Positions 49,301 to 62,300 of a stretch of 64,000 bases of DNA are shown here, piece by piece (the first letter of the stretch is position 1; every line of letters starts with the position of its first letter). The translations under genes and the position numbers were made by a program. A model generated the notes under the pieces. The model was given only the letters and a program-made list of their open reading frames with translations. It had not been told where the DNA came from and did no database searches. The stretch is taken from positions 12,524,001-12,588,000 of the forward strand of contig CM022672.1 in the NCBI GenBank assembly GCA_012295275.1. Reading direction: 5' to 3'. Source of the stretch: Chrysomallon squamiferum (taxonomy: Eukaryota > Animalia > Mollusca).

Positions 49301-49718
49301 ATTTCTGTCAAAAGGAAAGCACATATCATGGTCTATAAACAGGAAAAAGCTGACAAATAAAAGCATGAAGGAAGACTGATCTACATAGATGAAATTTTTA
49401 CTAGCCTGTTCTTGAATCTTTTTAAGTTTGTTCACTTCGTATTGACGTCTCATGTCTTCCAGGAACTGGCTAACTTCTCGGTCAGACTGGTTTCTGATTA
49501 CAAAATTAAAAAATACATCAGTATTAAGGTGCCTTTGGAATTTAGCTCATTCATTATTTAAATAGGTGATGATTTCAAAAGTGCTTCAGAGCTTTAAGCA
49601 AGACAAAAAGAGTGCCTGCTAAAATAAAATAACTATTTATGTAAATAAACATTATAAATCCAACTCTTGCCAAAGGTCATGTATTAAAATGAAAATAGCA
49701 ACTGTCCAGCCATGAGAA

Positions 49719-49760
<42 letters not shown>

Positions 49761-52700
49761 CTAAAGAAAAACTAAAATAAAGACTTCATTTACATTGGAT
49801 AATATACTATTGACTTGTGAAAAGTAATTATCCACATTTTTCACACCAAAGTAAAATTATAATATATAACATACCTAAACTTTTCAAGCTCTAGCATGTG
49901 TTTATGCATGAGCATTGTTTTACGTATTTTGGAGGCAGTCTTGTTTGTGCTGGCTGCTATCACCTCCTGCATTTCCCGTTCTTGCTTCTGAATCAGAGAC
50001 TTCTCACGCTGCTGTAATCTTTCTGCTAGTTTCTGACGCATGACCTGAATTCATTTAACAGATTCTTATATCTACCTATCTGTCTATCTATCTATCTGTC
50101 TATCTGACTGTCTTTCTGTCAGTCTAGCTATCTACCTATCTACCTATCTGATTGCATTTCTGTCTGTCTCTCTGTCTGTTTAACTATCTATCCATAATTA
50201 ACTATACTTTATTTATGTATTTGAGATTAGTTAGCAGTGCTTATATTTTATTAATATATTATATATATATATATTCTTTTTGTAAATTTTATTTCTATAA
50301 ATTATGTCATCTCCTGCAGGATATCTCATATTAACATTAATATTTATCATTATTTCATATATTTTTTTACATTAAAAAATAAGTAAGTAATTAAATAAAT
50401 AAATAAATAAATAAATAAAAATTTAAATAAATAAATAAAAATTTAAATAAATAAATAATAACAGTAAACTTAAAAAATATTAAAAACTGAAAAAAGAGAT
50501 ATTTGGATTAAATGAATTACCTGCTCTTGCTTAATCCTCTGTGCTTCCAAAGTTTTATTTAAATGATCTTGCTCCTGTTAACAAATACAAAAAACACTAT
50601 TTTTAACAATATTCAAGAAGTGAAATTAGTTCAGTAAATATGTCCTAAATTGTAAATGAAGAAGTAAGAACACCCTAAAAAAAAAAACTATTCTATATCC
50701 TAACAACCAAAAAATTTCCCAAAATAAAATCCCTATGTCTAAAACAAAACAAAAACCCCCACAAAAATGACCAAAACTAAAGGGAGAAAATAAAGCAAAT
50801 GAAGAACAAACAACAATAAAAAAGTAACAATAGCTTAATCATAATTAAAACAAAAACAACCCCAAAACATTGTAGCTCATATATACCAATAAAAAAATAA
50901 TAATGAAAAAACCGTAATAGAACTAAAATTCCACCTGTTTATGTCTGGCAATAATCTTCTCACATTCTGGTGCTGACAAAATGCCTCTGTCATTAAGATC
51001 ATCCATCAGGTTGGCTTTCAGATTATTTATAGCATTCTGTTGTTCCTCAATTTTGGCAAGCTAATCCAAGAAAACAGTAATATAATATTTTTAAACCATA
51101 CACACAAAATGTAACAGACTTAATGCTTATTATAATTCAGGTTGTATATTTTGACATTGTTAAAAATATTTTGGCTCGTGATAAATTTTTAACTTTTTTA
51201 ATTTATGTGTTGAGATTACTGTAGCAGTGGAAAGTGCTTAAAAAGCTACTGATAAAAAATACAGTTTTCCAATTTTAATATCATGTCTGAAAACCCCCCA
51301 AAACATTTGTGTATTGTTCTTAATTATGGTTTAGAAAAATTAAGAAAGAATCTTATATATTTTATTTATTTTTAAACATTTTTCTATATACCAACAGTCT
51401 ATATATGATTGAATATAAGATTTCCCAAAAATGTTAGTTAAATAAATAAAATTGGTAAAGATGACAAATCTTAAGTAACTGATTATTATTTATTATTTGT
51501 TATTTTTATCAGCAGTACGATGTCAGCAGTACTTGTTTTTTTCCATTGATCCTGAATAAAGGACAGTCTATTATCCTTTTTCACTAGACTGCTATAAATA
51601 TTATTATACTTTATTGTTAATAAAGATTGCTTGCTAATAGAATACCATTTGAATTGTTTTAGGCTTTTTGCTTGTATAGCTATAGGTATACTTTAGTTCA
51701 CTTTATTTATCTGTTAAAAATAAAACAAAATGGTTGCCAACCTCTCTTGCTCTTTCCATCTGCAGTGCTGTGATCATTGCACCTAGTCTCTCTTCTTGCT
51801 CTCTTAAAGCCATTGCTCTCTCCTTTATCATCTCAGCCTGAATCTGCTCCAGTTCATCATCAAGGTCAAGCTTTTGGCCTTGAAGGATGGCTATCTTTTG
51901 TTCAGCTTGTTTTTTAAGAAGCATCAGTTGTTTATGATGGTCTTCTTCTTCATCAACACCGTCTTCTCTGGTTTTGGCAGATTTACGACGTTTCTGAATT
52001 TGATAAATAACAAAGACTTACAACACTGATACTGTATTTTGTAATGTACAGATTTTCCATTTATTCATAATTCAAATTTGACATTGATTTTTATGTGTCT
52101 CACATTATTGGTTATTATAATTTAGGTATATAGACTGGGAAAAAAAAATCTCTCTTTTATTAATCATCTCTGAATATAAGGCACAAAAATTCGAGATTTA
52201 ACCATATTCATTGATGTATGATAAAGAAAACTGCAAACATTGAATCTGTATTGAATCTGTATTGAATACAAATAATAGTGGCTCATTACAGCATTTTATT
52301 TCTGATTTAACAGACATTAACATTATTAAATGATAATTTAATTATAAGAAAATATCATTAACAATGTCAATAAGAAAGAGAGTCATTTCTTTCTACTAAA
52401 TTACTAATACTGATATATTTTCTAAAATCATCCTCACCTTCAGCTGGGCCTGCTGTTGCTGCTGCAGTTCCTGTAACTGCTGTGCTTTCCTCTGACTCAG
52501 TCTTTCCTCCAGCATTCGTTTCTGTCTCAGTTTGCTCAGTGTTAAACTGTTCTCCAACTTCACCATCTGCATCTCGTGTTCCTTCATTATTCTGTTTCTT
52601 TCCTCTTCAGACACAGACACCTGACTGTTTATTAGCTTGCTGTAGTAAGTAATAAATACAATCTAATTATAGTAAATAAATTAAGTTTTAAATTATATTA

Positions 52701-54152
52701 AAATTAAAAAAAAAAAATGTTTTTGTGAATGTGTTCCTTTTCTTTTTTCTTTTTTTTTCAGAACAGAATTATCATATTCTTCCACTTTTTAAATTTTATT
52801 TTGATCTCTGTACACATCATATAAGAATATAATGAGAAATGGCTGTGTAATATATTACTGTTTTATACAAATTGGTAAGTGGTAATATCAGTGGTTAGAC
52901 ATGACTGGAGAATGATAGGTTCCAGGATCAATCTTCTTCAGGACACTTTTAAATTAATTTTAAACATAGCTTAGTTTTAAAATAAACCCCAAAATATGTA
53001 TGAGAATGATATATCATTGTTATTGAAAACAGAAATGTAATGTTAAATGATACCTCCACATATTTTAATATTAACAGCCATACATATATAATAATAATAT
53101 GACTGAGTAAACAATCTGTTATGACAAAAATACTGTTTGCATTTTGAATATTTAATTAAAAATCATAATGCAAATTGTTATTATCAGTATATGGTAAGTA
53201 AAAAGCAACAAAAGGAAAATTAAATTAACAAAGTTTAATTCAGGAAAATTGAATCAGTTAGGTGAACAGAATGTTTAACCATAGAAGACAACTGATAAAA
53301 TAAATTATATATATAAACTGTATAAGATATACACATTATTAAATTCTGAAACTAACTTTGCCAGCTTTATTTCATGATCTCTGAGTTCTGCTTGCTCTAT
53401 TTTCTCTCTGGCTTTCTGCTGTTCCCATTCCTGTTTTTTTCTTGCCAAATCCTCCTGCAGTTTTCTTGCCTGTTTTTCTTTGTTTTCTTGTTGTAAAGTC
53501 TCCAACTCTGACATTTCTTTTTGGTTTTGGTTAACAAGTTTGTTGACTTGATTTTTTGTCATACCTTGTAAAATATATCAAACAGGTGGCATTGAGAATA
53601 GTAAAAAGAAACAGAAGTTAAGAACCGAACAAAAAAAACGACAAACAAAAACAAACAAAAAAAACAAAAATAGAAACTAGCCATTTGATCATATAAATTA
53701 GGCTGATAAATAACTTGCTTTTTTCCTATGTGGTCACATAGCACATTACCCATCTAAAACAATTATTCTAATGACCATATAAATTTAACACGTAATCAAT
53801 ACAAAAAAACCAATATCCCTGATGTATCACTATGAAGTTTCTAAATTCTGTAGAAATAAATTAACGCAGTGGATACCTTCTTCTTGTAGTTTAAGCAGGA
53901 GATTGTCCTCAATTACTTTGAGTTCGTTCTTTGCATTTTCGTTGATTTTGTCTCTGACTCTGGCAAGTTCTTGTGCATGTTCTGAGTCTATCTCATTCTC
54001 TAGCTCACTCAAATCTCTGCGATGCTCTGACTGAATTTGCAGCAGACTTTTTGCAAACAAAGCAGGATCTGTTACAAATAATAATAATAATAATAATAAT
54101 GATGATGATGATGAGAAGAAGAAAATGAAGAATAAAAATATCAGTAATAATC

Positions 54153-54189
<37 letters not shown>

Positions 54190-56221
54190 AGAGAAATGCT
54201 GATGCACTCGTACAGAATTTCAGATAAAGGAGATTGGAAAGCATCTGGTAATAAAAAGTGACAATGTCTTTATGTTACATAAATGATGACACAAAAGAGG
54301 ACATTTTTAATGGCTATTTCAAGGGCTACTTGTACCATCATCATTGTCGTAGTTGTCGACATCATCATCATCATCATCATTATTTTATATTATTATTATC
54401 ATCATCACCATCATCATCATCATCATCGTTTTCATTCTTTTTGTTATTATTAATATTCCCTTATGAAAGCACATGCCATAACCTTTGATAAAGGAGACAG
54501 TGTTTGGGATGAGCAATGGCCTATCAGGTATCCTGAAGGAGATTGATCCTGGAATGTGTCATTCTCCAGTCATGTCTAGCCACTGATCTTATCACTTACC
54601 AATGACTCCTATTGTAGCTTCCCCTGCTTCAGCCTGAACTGATCTGTCTTGGTTATCTTTCTTTGAAAAACAAAAAATATGAGTATATTACAAAACACAG
54701 CCAATTTTTCATTATATATTGATGTGAAAGAATATATAACAAATTTGTCTGAAAATTTTTTTTAAAAGAAAGGAATAAACTCATACACACACATTGTTTT
54801 TTATTTTAATGAAATTATGTATATATATTAATATATGTAATACATTGACTGAAAACAAAATTTAAAATATACAACAAAATTAATTTAATAATAATTTATT
54901 TCAGGAAATATTGTTAGTAATATAAAAGTAATCTTCAAATACAGATTTATTTTATAATGTTAAAAAATGTATTATTATTTCGTTGTCAGATTCTTACTGT
55001 AACTCACCTTCATATCTGATAACTTCTGTTTTAACAAAGCCAGTTTCTTTTGATATTGTTTATCTTGTCTCTGAAAAACAAATAATAATCATAATAATAA
55101 TAATAACAACAACAAAAAAAATGATAATAAATATTTAAAACAGTAAGATTTAATAATTAAATTTGAACAAAATATATTGATATGCTGATTTAAAAAATGT
55201 CATATCAACTCGAAAGGATATATTTATCATCTTATCCTTAGTTTTTACCAACAACTTTTTTAGCTTTTTTTTGTTTATCCTGAAACCTCTCTCATTCTGA
55301 AAGTTATATCTTCCACATTTACAGTGCTTTCCCTTTATCTGATATCCTGGAAGTGTCCACTGATGTCATTACCTTCTCAGCCAGTCTTTGTTTTTTCTGC
55401 TGACACAGTTTTTTGTGAAGTTCATCTTCTTGTTTCTTCTTCTCAGCTGTTCTTCTCTCCTCTACTTCCAGCATCTCTTGTGTCACTTTGGCTTGGATCT
55501 CCTGAGCATCAAACGGTTCAAGTACGCCTTGCCTGGACAAATTTAATTTCATTATTGCAAATTTTTAAAAGTAGGAATCTAAATCATTATTTTTAGAAAC
55601 ATTATATTATATTGTTTGCTGTTAGATGTTGATGTAATAATGATTAAATTTACCATAAAAAAAAAGAAAATTAAAAAAAGAAAAAAGTTTTAAAAATTTA
55701 AGACAATAAAGAAGAGTAAATAACAAACTCTTGAAATAAATAATTTAAACTAAGCTTCACTGAATACATAAATATATATTTTTTGGTTTTATTTACAAAA
55801 TATTTACTATTGTCATCAGATTTAATCATACTGATGATAAAGACGATTTAATAATAATAACAGCTATTATTATTGTTGTTGTTGCTGCTGCTGTTAACAT
55901 TACTACTATTACTATTCTTATGATTATTAAAATATGATAAGGATTATTACTATTTTAAGAAATCTCTAATTATTATCATTATTTTTTAAATTATTTAAGA
56001 TACATTAACAGAAATAATACTGCAGTAGTCCATCTATGATTATGATATAAAAGTAACCTTTTCATTTTATGTATGGCTGTGAGTTGATGTGTGGCCATTG
56101 TGTTCAGAACATCAGTGTGGTCATTTTCTTGTGATTCCTGTTTAAAACATCAAATGTTTTAAAATCATAGACATAAAACATAACCCTACTTATTTGATAG
56201 AACATTCACTTTCTGTTTAAG

Positions 56222-56252
<31 letters not shown>

Positions 56253-56263
56253 CAGTGACAAAC

Positions 56264-56330
<67 letters not shown>

Positions 56331-59300
56331 ACACACATACTTATTTATGTGCATATTAATTATTATATAAATTTATAATTTTGATTTCAAGACATAAAGG
56401 TAAAAAAATTTTTTTTTTAAAAATGACAAACACACCTAACAACCAAATAACTTCATTATTGTCCATGCTTATCACAAAACTCACACTCATTTGGGCTAGC
56501 GCCTTCCTCCTGGCAAGCTTCTCCTCCAGAACAACCCTCTGCTGTGAGATTTCTTCATCGTAAATTCTGTGGATGGCTTCCTGCTGTTTCTTGTGTTCTT
56601 TCATTAACCACTCGGCCTGTTCACTCTCCAGACGACCTTGGACTACTGTGTCCTCAAGCAGAGTCTGCTGGATTTCCTTGCCTCTCATCCTCTTCCTCAG
56701 AGCATAGTCCTGGAAGTAACGAATATGTAACACCAAGTCAACACATTTTAATATTAACAGGTTATTTAAGTATCAGCTGCATGTATTCCATGGTCTCTTC
56801 TTTGTCTGTGCACCATAGAGAAAAATATTTAGCCTTTAATGAATGTGTAATAGGCATCTCTGAAAAATGTCAAGTACGCAACAGAAACAACGAAATATAA
56901 ATATATTTATATTAATAATTTTTATTTATTAAAAAATAAAAGTCATGTTACCTAATAGATTTATAAAAATTCAGAACAAATAAAATATGTAGAAAAATGA
57001 TAGTGGAAAATTTGTGTTTGTATCAGACATTCATGAAATTGTTCCATCATACAAAAAAAAAAAAGAAAGAAAGAAAAAGAAGAGTAAAATAAAATTAAAT
57101 TCATTTAAATGAAAAAATATAATGAAGAAGAAACAAAAAAGATTAAAAAAAACATTTACCTTTCGTAATTTTTCTGCCTCTTCATTCTGTTCCAGTGCAA
57201 GGATGTACATCAGTTCATTTTCTTCTATCTGCTGTTGTTCTTCTAGAACTTTCAGATATGATTTCTTTTCCTTCAGTATGAATTAAATGGATTTAAAAAT
57301 GCTTTGTCACTTTAAAAGTCTTTTACTGGTATTTGCACAATTAAAAAATTACACTTTTTAAAGTATATCTGTAACAGCATGAACACACATCATATATGTT
57401 TAAATGATTTTGTTTTTTATTTGGAATCAGACATCAGTCTTTGCTAAAAATAAATTAGGACAATAATGCAGCCATGTTGTGGTTGTATTCATGATAGGAC
57501 ACAATAATTAACTTTTAACATTAATTAACATGTAATCAATCATGACAATTATATATTTGTTATTTATCTAGTCTAGAATATAATATTATTTCTTTTGAGG
57601 TTGACAGACATACTGTTATGACATATGGAAAAGAAGAAACTAGAGTTTTTAAATTTTCTGGATTTCAGATTCTGGAATTTATTTTCAACAGATTGGCAGA
57701 TAAGCAGGTAACTGAGATAAATATTTGTAATCACCTCTTCAGGAACATCAGTTATCTTCTGTTCTGCTTCTCTTTTCTGCTGACGATGAAAGTTCATCAG
57801 TTCACCATATTTTTCCTGAAGATTGTAAAAATTATTAAATAAATAAAATAAAATTGCTAGTTTGGCAGATGATATAGGAAACACAAAACAGTCGTATATA
57901 ATGCATAAAACTATAAATTTTACTTCACCAATTTTTCATTCATTTAGTTTATAATTCACTTACAATCATACAGTTGGCTAAATATGTTAAACCCAACAGT
58001 CAAATGAACATCGTTCTGAAATGGGCACAGACCTTTAGTGAAATATTATATACAACACATAACGAAAAACAACATGTTCTACCTTGTTTTTAGCACTCAG
58101 ATCGACGTACACTTCTTCCAGATCTTTCTTGTACTCAGTGTCTGTCTTTTTCTCCATTGTTTTCAGTCTGTTGTTGAAATCACTGATGACTTTGTCCTCC
58201 GTCTGCTTGCTGATGTCATTGTTAAGATGTAAACCGTGGATGAGCTGGATGCTGGCCTGAGTTGACATGTCTGTCTGCTCTGACTCAAGCTCTTGTTCCA
58301 CTTCATTTGTAGTTAGAATATCCATGCTGAAACACCAACAACAGTAGTAACAACAACAACAACAACAACAGTATTGTGAATTTATACAGAGGTAGTTATA
58401 GCAGTCATGATAAAATATTTGGATTAGTAAAAGATTATGATGTCGGTGTTTGTGGTGTCAGAAGTAGCTGCAGTAGGAGTGGCAGAATAGAAAAACTGGC
58501 TGTACTTCTGATAATTATATTTCAAATAAGAAATACTGATGATGATGATTATGATTCAAATAAATCTATACAACAGCAATTGAAATAATAATGAATTAAC
58601 ATTAAAAATGTAAATAATGGTGTCATTTGATACATTTAAATCCATATAAAGTGAATCTATTTCAAAAGACTACACATCTAAATAACTGTTATACTTGATG
58701 TAACTGAATATATTCTTTGCTATATAACTATACACAAGTTAAAATTGTTGGTTTGGCACGTATGGTTTTTCAACATGACATAATTTGTGTTTGTCCTGGG
58801 TTATAAATCCCAGCTGTCATATTACATGAGGTAATTTTTAAATAATCAGTAAATACTACTTACTTGTCAACCTCTCTAAACATCTGCAGCTTGTCTTTTA
58901 AAGCTAAAATAAGCACAATACTGTCATCCAATCCAAGCATACTGAAATAAATCCATAATGAGTGTTAAGTTTGTTTTAACTAGGGGATTATGTGTGTTCT
59001 GAAACCAATAATGTTTTACAAATAATAAAATAAAGTTTGTAAATCAGTACCTTTTTCTAATTAATGTTGTTTTATTTAGTTGAAGATTATATGTCTTCTA
59101 ACATCAAATCACTGGTTTGTGGAAATAAAAGTTTCCTTATCATAAAACTTTATTTTCAACTATTTAAAATAAAACAAATTCTGATTTAAATAATTTCTGG
59201 ATTAAAAAATTGTATATAAAATCTTTCTGCAATTTACAAGAAAAAAGAAGTTAAAAAGAGACAATATATATATATACACATTTGACAACTAATAACTGTT

Positions 59301-62300
59301 AACACTGATGTAAAGCAAATCTTCATTCTTATTTATGTACAGGTATTTTAGTCAAATATTGATCTGTATCATATTTGTTACCTGAAATCTTTTATTGTGT
59401 TCAGTCCTTTTTTAATTGCAGCTTTGGGATCCATCATTATCTTTCTACCTCTGTCCTGAAACTTTTTCTCCTAATAAAATTTGTAAATTCAAAACATATT
59501 TGAAAATGCAAATAATAATAAAAACACTTAAAAATATATACATGGTTTTACAAATTTTATTAATGGGTATAATAAAATACTAAAGAGCAATCTGGGATGA
59601 TCAAAAGACACAGTATTATTTTATGAATAATAAATTAACAGAGATTTTGTTATTTTGAATTTTATTTCCATGTTTATTTATATGTGGGTTTCTTTTTGTT
59701 GTTTTTTTAAATAAAAAAATAAAAACATTTTTAAAAATTTACATTTTTTTTTTTTTAAATTTTAAAAATTAAAATAAAACACACACACAAACATACACAC
59801 ATTAATAATATAGTTAATACCAAATGAAACAACTAATCTAATGTAATTGTGACTGAATTTTTTTCATTTTGTTTAAGCATACTTAAATCCTGTAAATGAT
59901 GGCCATGATATTATGGAAAACTGTAACCGCGAAGAGCATGGCCATAACTTCATTGAGGTAAATGCCTCATACTGAGATTTCACATTTAAAAATATAAACA
60001 GATAGAATCAAGGATTTTGTATCTTTCGAATCACAGCTTCTGAGGGTCTTAGGCGCAATTTTTTTACCCAGCTCCACTCTGTGATTATGTGTTTTTGTCT
60101 CTTTCAAAAAGAGTCTAGTCATGGCCATGAACTTTATGAAATTTGTGTGAATTGAGTTTTGCTTATAATTTACTGTCAAAAGTCTACTTTGTTTACTTAC
60201 CTCTGCTGGAGACACACCCTTTGACCACTTCCCGTTCTTCAGAAAGTAGCGCATTATGATGCAGACAATGAGAATTACCAGCAGAATGCCAAGAAGCAAA
60301 GCCATGAAAAATGTCAGTGCTGTTAGTCCATGTAAATAGAATATCTAAAACAAAATTAGAATTAAAATGATTATTTTCTCATATTTAAAATATTTCTATA
60401 GTCATTATTATTCTGATAAATATTAAATATTTATGTAGATGTTTTTTTCTTTTTTTTCTTGTTTTTTTCTGGTAGATTAAAATATATCTGAAGTTAATAT
60501 TTTCTTTGAATTTAAATATTGCCATCTTCATTATTTTCTTTGAATTTAAATAATTCTGTTGCTTTTATTTCTGTAGTCATTATTTTATTGGTAACTTTAA
60601 ATATTTCTGAAGTTATTATTTTCTTTGAATTTAAATTATAGTATTTATTTTTCTGACAGATTAAAATATTTCTGTGTACTTCTACTCTTGCTATTGTTAT
60701 TACTACACTCAGCATTATTACTCTAATAATTAAAAATAATTTTATATCATACAATATCAAATTTTATGATAAATTTACAAAAAATATGAAAGAAATATTA
60801 ATTTTCATCTGTGCAATTTTACCTTGAAAATTTTCTTTGATATTTATTATGTATATATACATCAAAGAAAGGCTCCATTAATTATTCAGTTTATCCTGAA
60901 ATTTTTATAAATGTGACAAAAATAAAATTTGTGAAATTTAACTTAAATTTAACTTAACATAAACAATTAAGTATTTCACAATATTTATAAAATAACAAAT
61001 ACACTACCTGCATAATTACATAGATAAAAGTATATAAATAAACAAATAACATACTGAGTAATTTAAAAATAACTTTAACTTACACTCTTTGTATAAACAT
61101 TTTTTCGGTTGATACATAAGGATGACTCTATTGGTCCATAATAATTTCCAGCAGTCTGAAATCAGAAAAATTACACGAATGATAAAAATTATTTCATATT
61201 TTATTTTGTGATCATGACACAGCCAACAACTGTACTCATGAATTATTTTTAAAAATATACAAAAAGCCCAAAAATAAAAACAAATCAAATACATAAAAAC
61301 ACCCCCAAAAACTCTCCAAAAAAGAGCTTCAAAACAAACAAAAAACTTGTATCAGATTTCAGACCCAAGTTCTAACTTGATGTAGCAAAAATGTTAATTA
61401 CATCCATTAGTTTTGGCCTATGTGGTAAAAAATTTACTTATGATAATTCCCATAAACCACTGGTTTATAAAGGCCATAGTATTTTAATTCCTGTTCTGGG
61501 AAAGTCACAATAAATGATTGGTTGCTGCTGATCAGTGAACCAAAAATTAACATTAACATTATAAAGTGCTATGAGGTGATTAAACATTCATTTATTTATT
61601 TTTGTAGTCAAAAAGACTATAAGATATTCTTTACTTCTTAGTACTTACATCAGTGAAAGAGATAGTGGAATAATACCATGATGTTCCATCTGCAAGATCA
61701 ACTCCATTTGTGCCATCTGGCTCTGCCTGGTACGATATCACCCGACTGTCGTTTGCTGAAATTGTGTAATTTGACAATTGTCAGATTTAAGGTATCACAC
61801 ACACACACATACACACCACACCACATCCATTCATATATACATTTGTATGCATGCACAGCCACCAACACAGATATATATATACACACATTACAAGAGCATA
61901 TAATTGGATATACCTTATTTAATACTGCCTCATGTTTCCACACAGAAATAAATATATTCCACAAATTCATAATCTTACATACACACACCCAAATATAATA
62001 CATATGCATACACACATATATACTAACAAATGCAAGATGACTAACTGATTAGTCAAATAATAGCTGCTGTCTGTATAAATCTTTCAAGCAGTCAGGTATT
62101 CTAAATCTTTTACCAAGTACTAACTGAACCCTATATTGCATAACTTTGGTGATCTGAGGAGAAGTGATGTTTTCATTGAGATCTGTTTGATCATTATCAT
62201 AAGAACATTTATTATTATTATTACAGAGACCAGTGATATTAATGTATTCAGCAATTTTTGAAATAAAGTAATAGAAAACAAAATCCATTAAAATACTTAC

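Noticed and set aside
58745-58830. tRNA-like T-arm hairpin (ctgggttataaatcccag)
   Set aside because: No cloverleaf or acceptor stem; at most a decayed SINE fragment.
60823-60895. AG/GT-bounded possible EVC2 exon
   Set aside because: Stop codons in all three frames.
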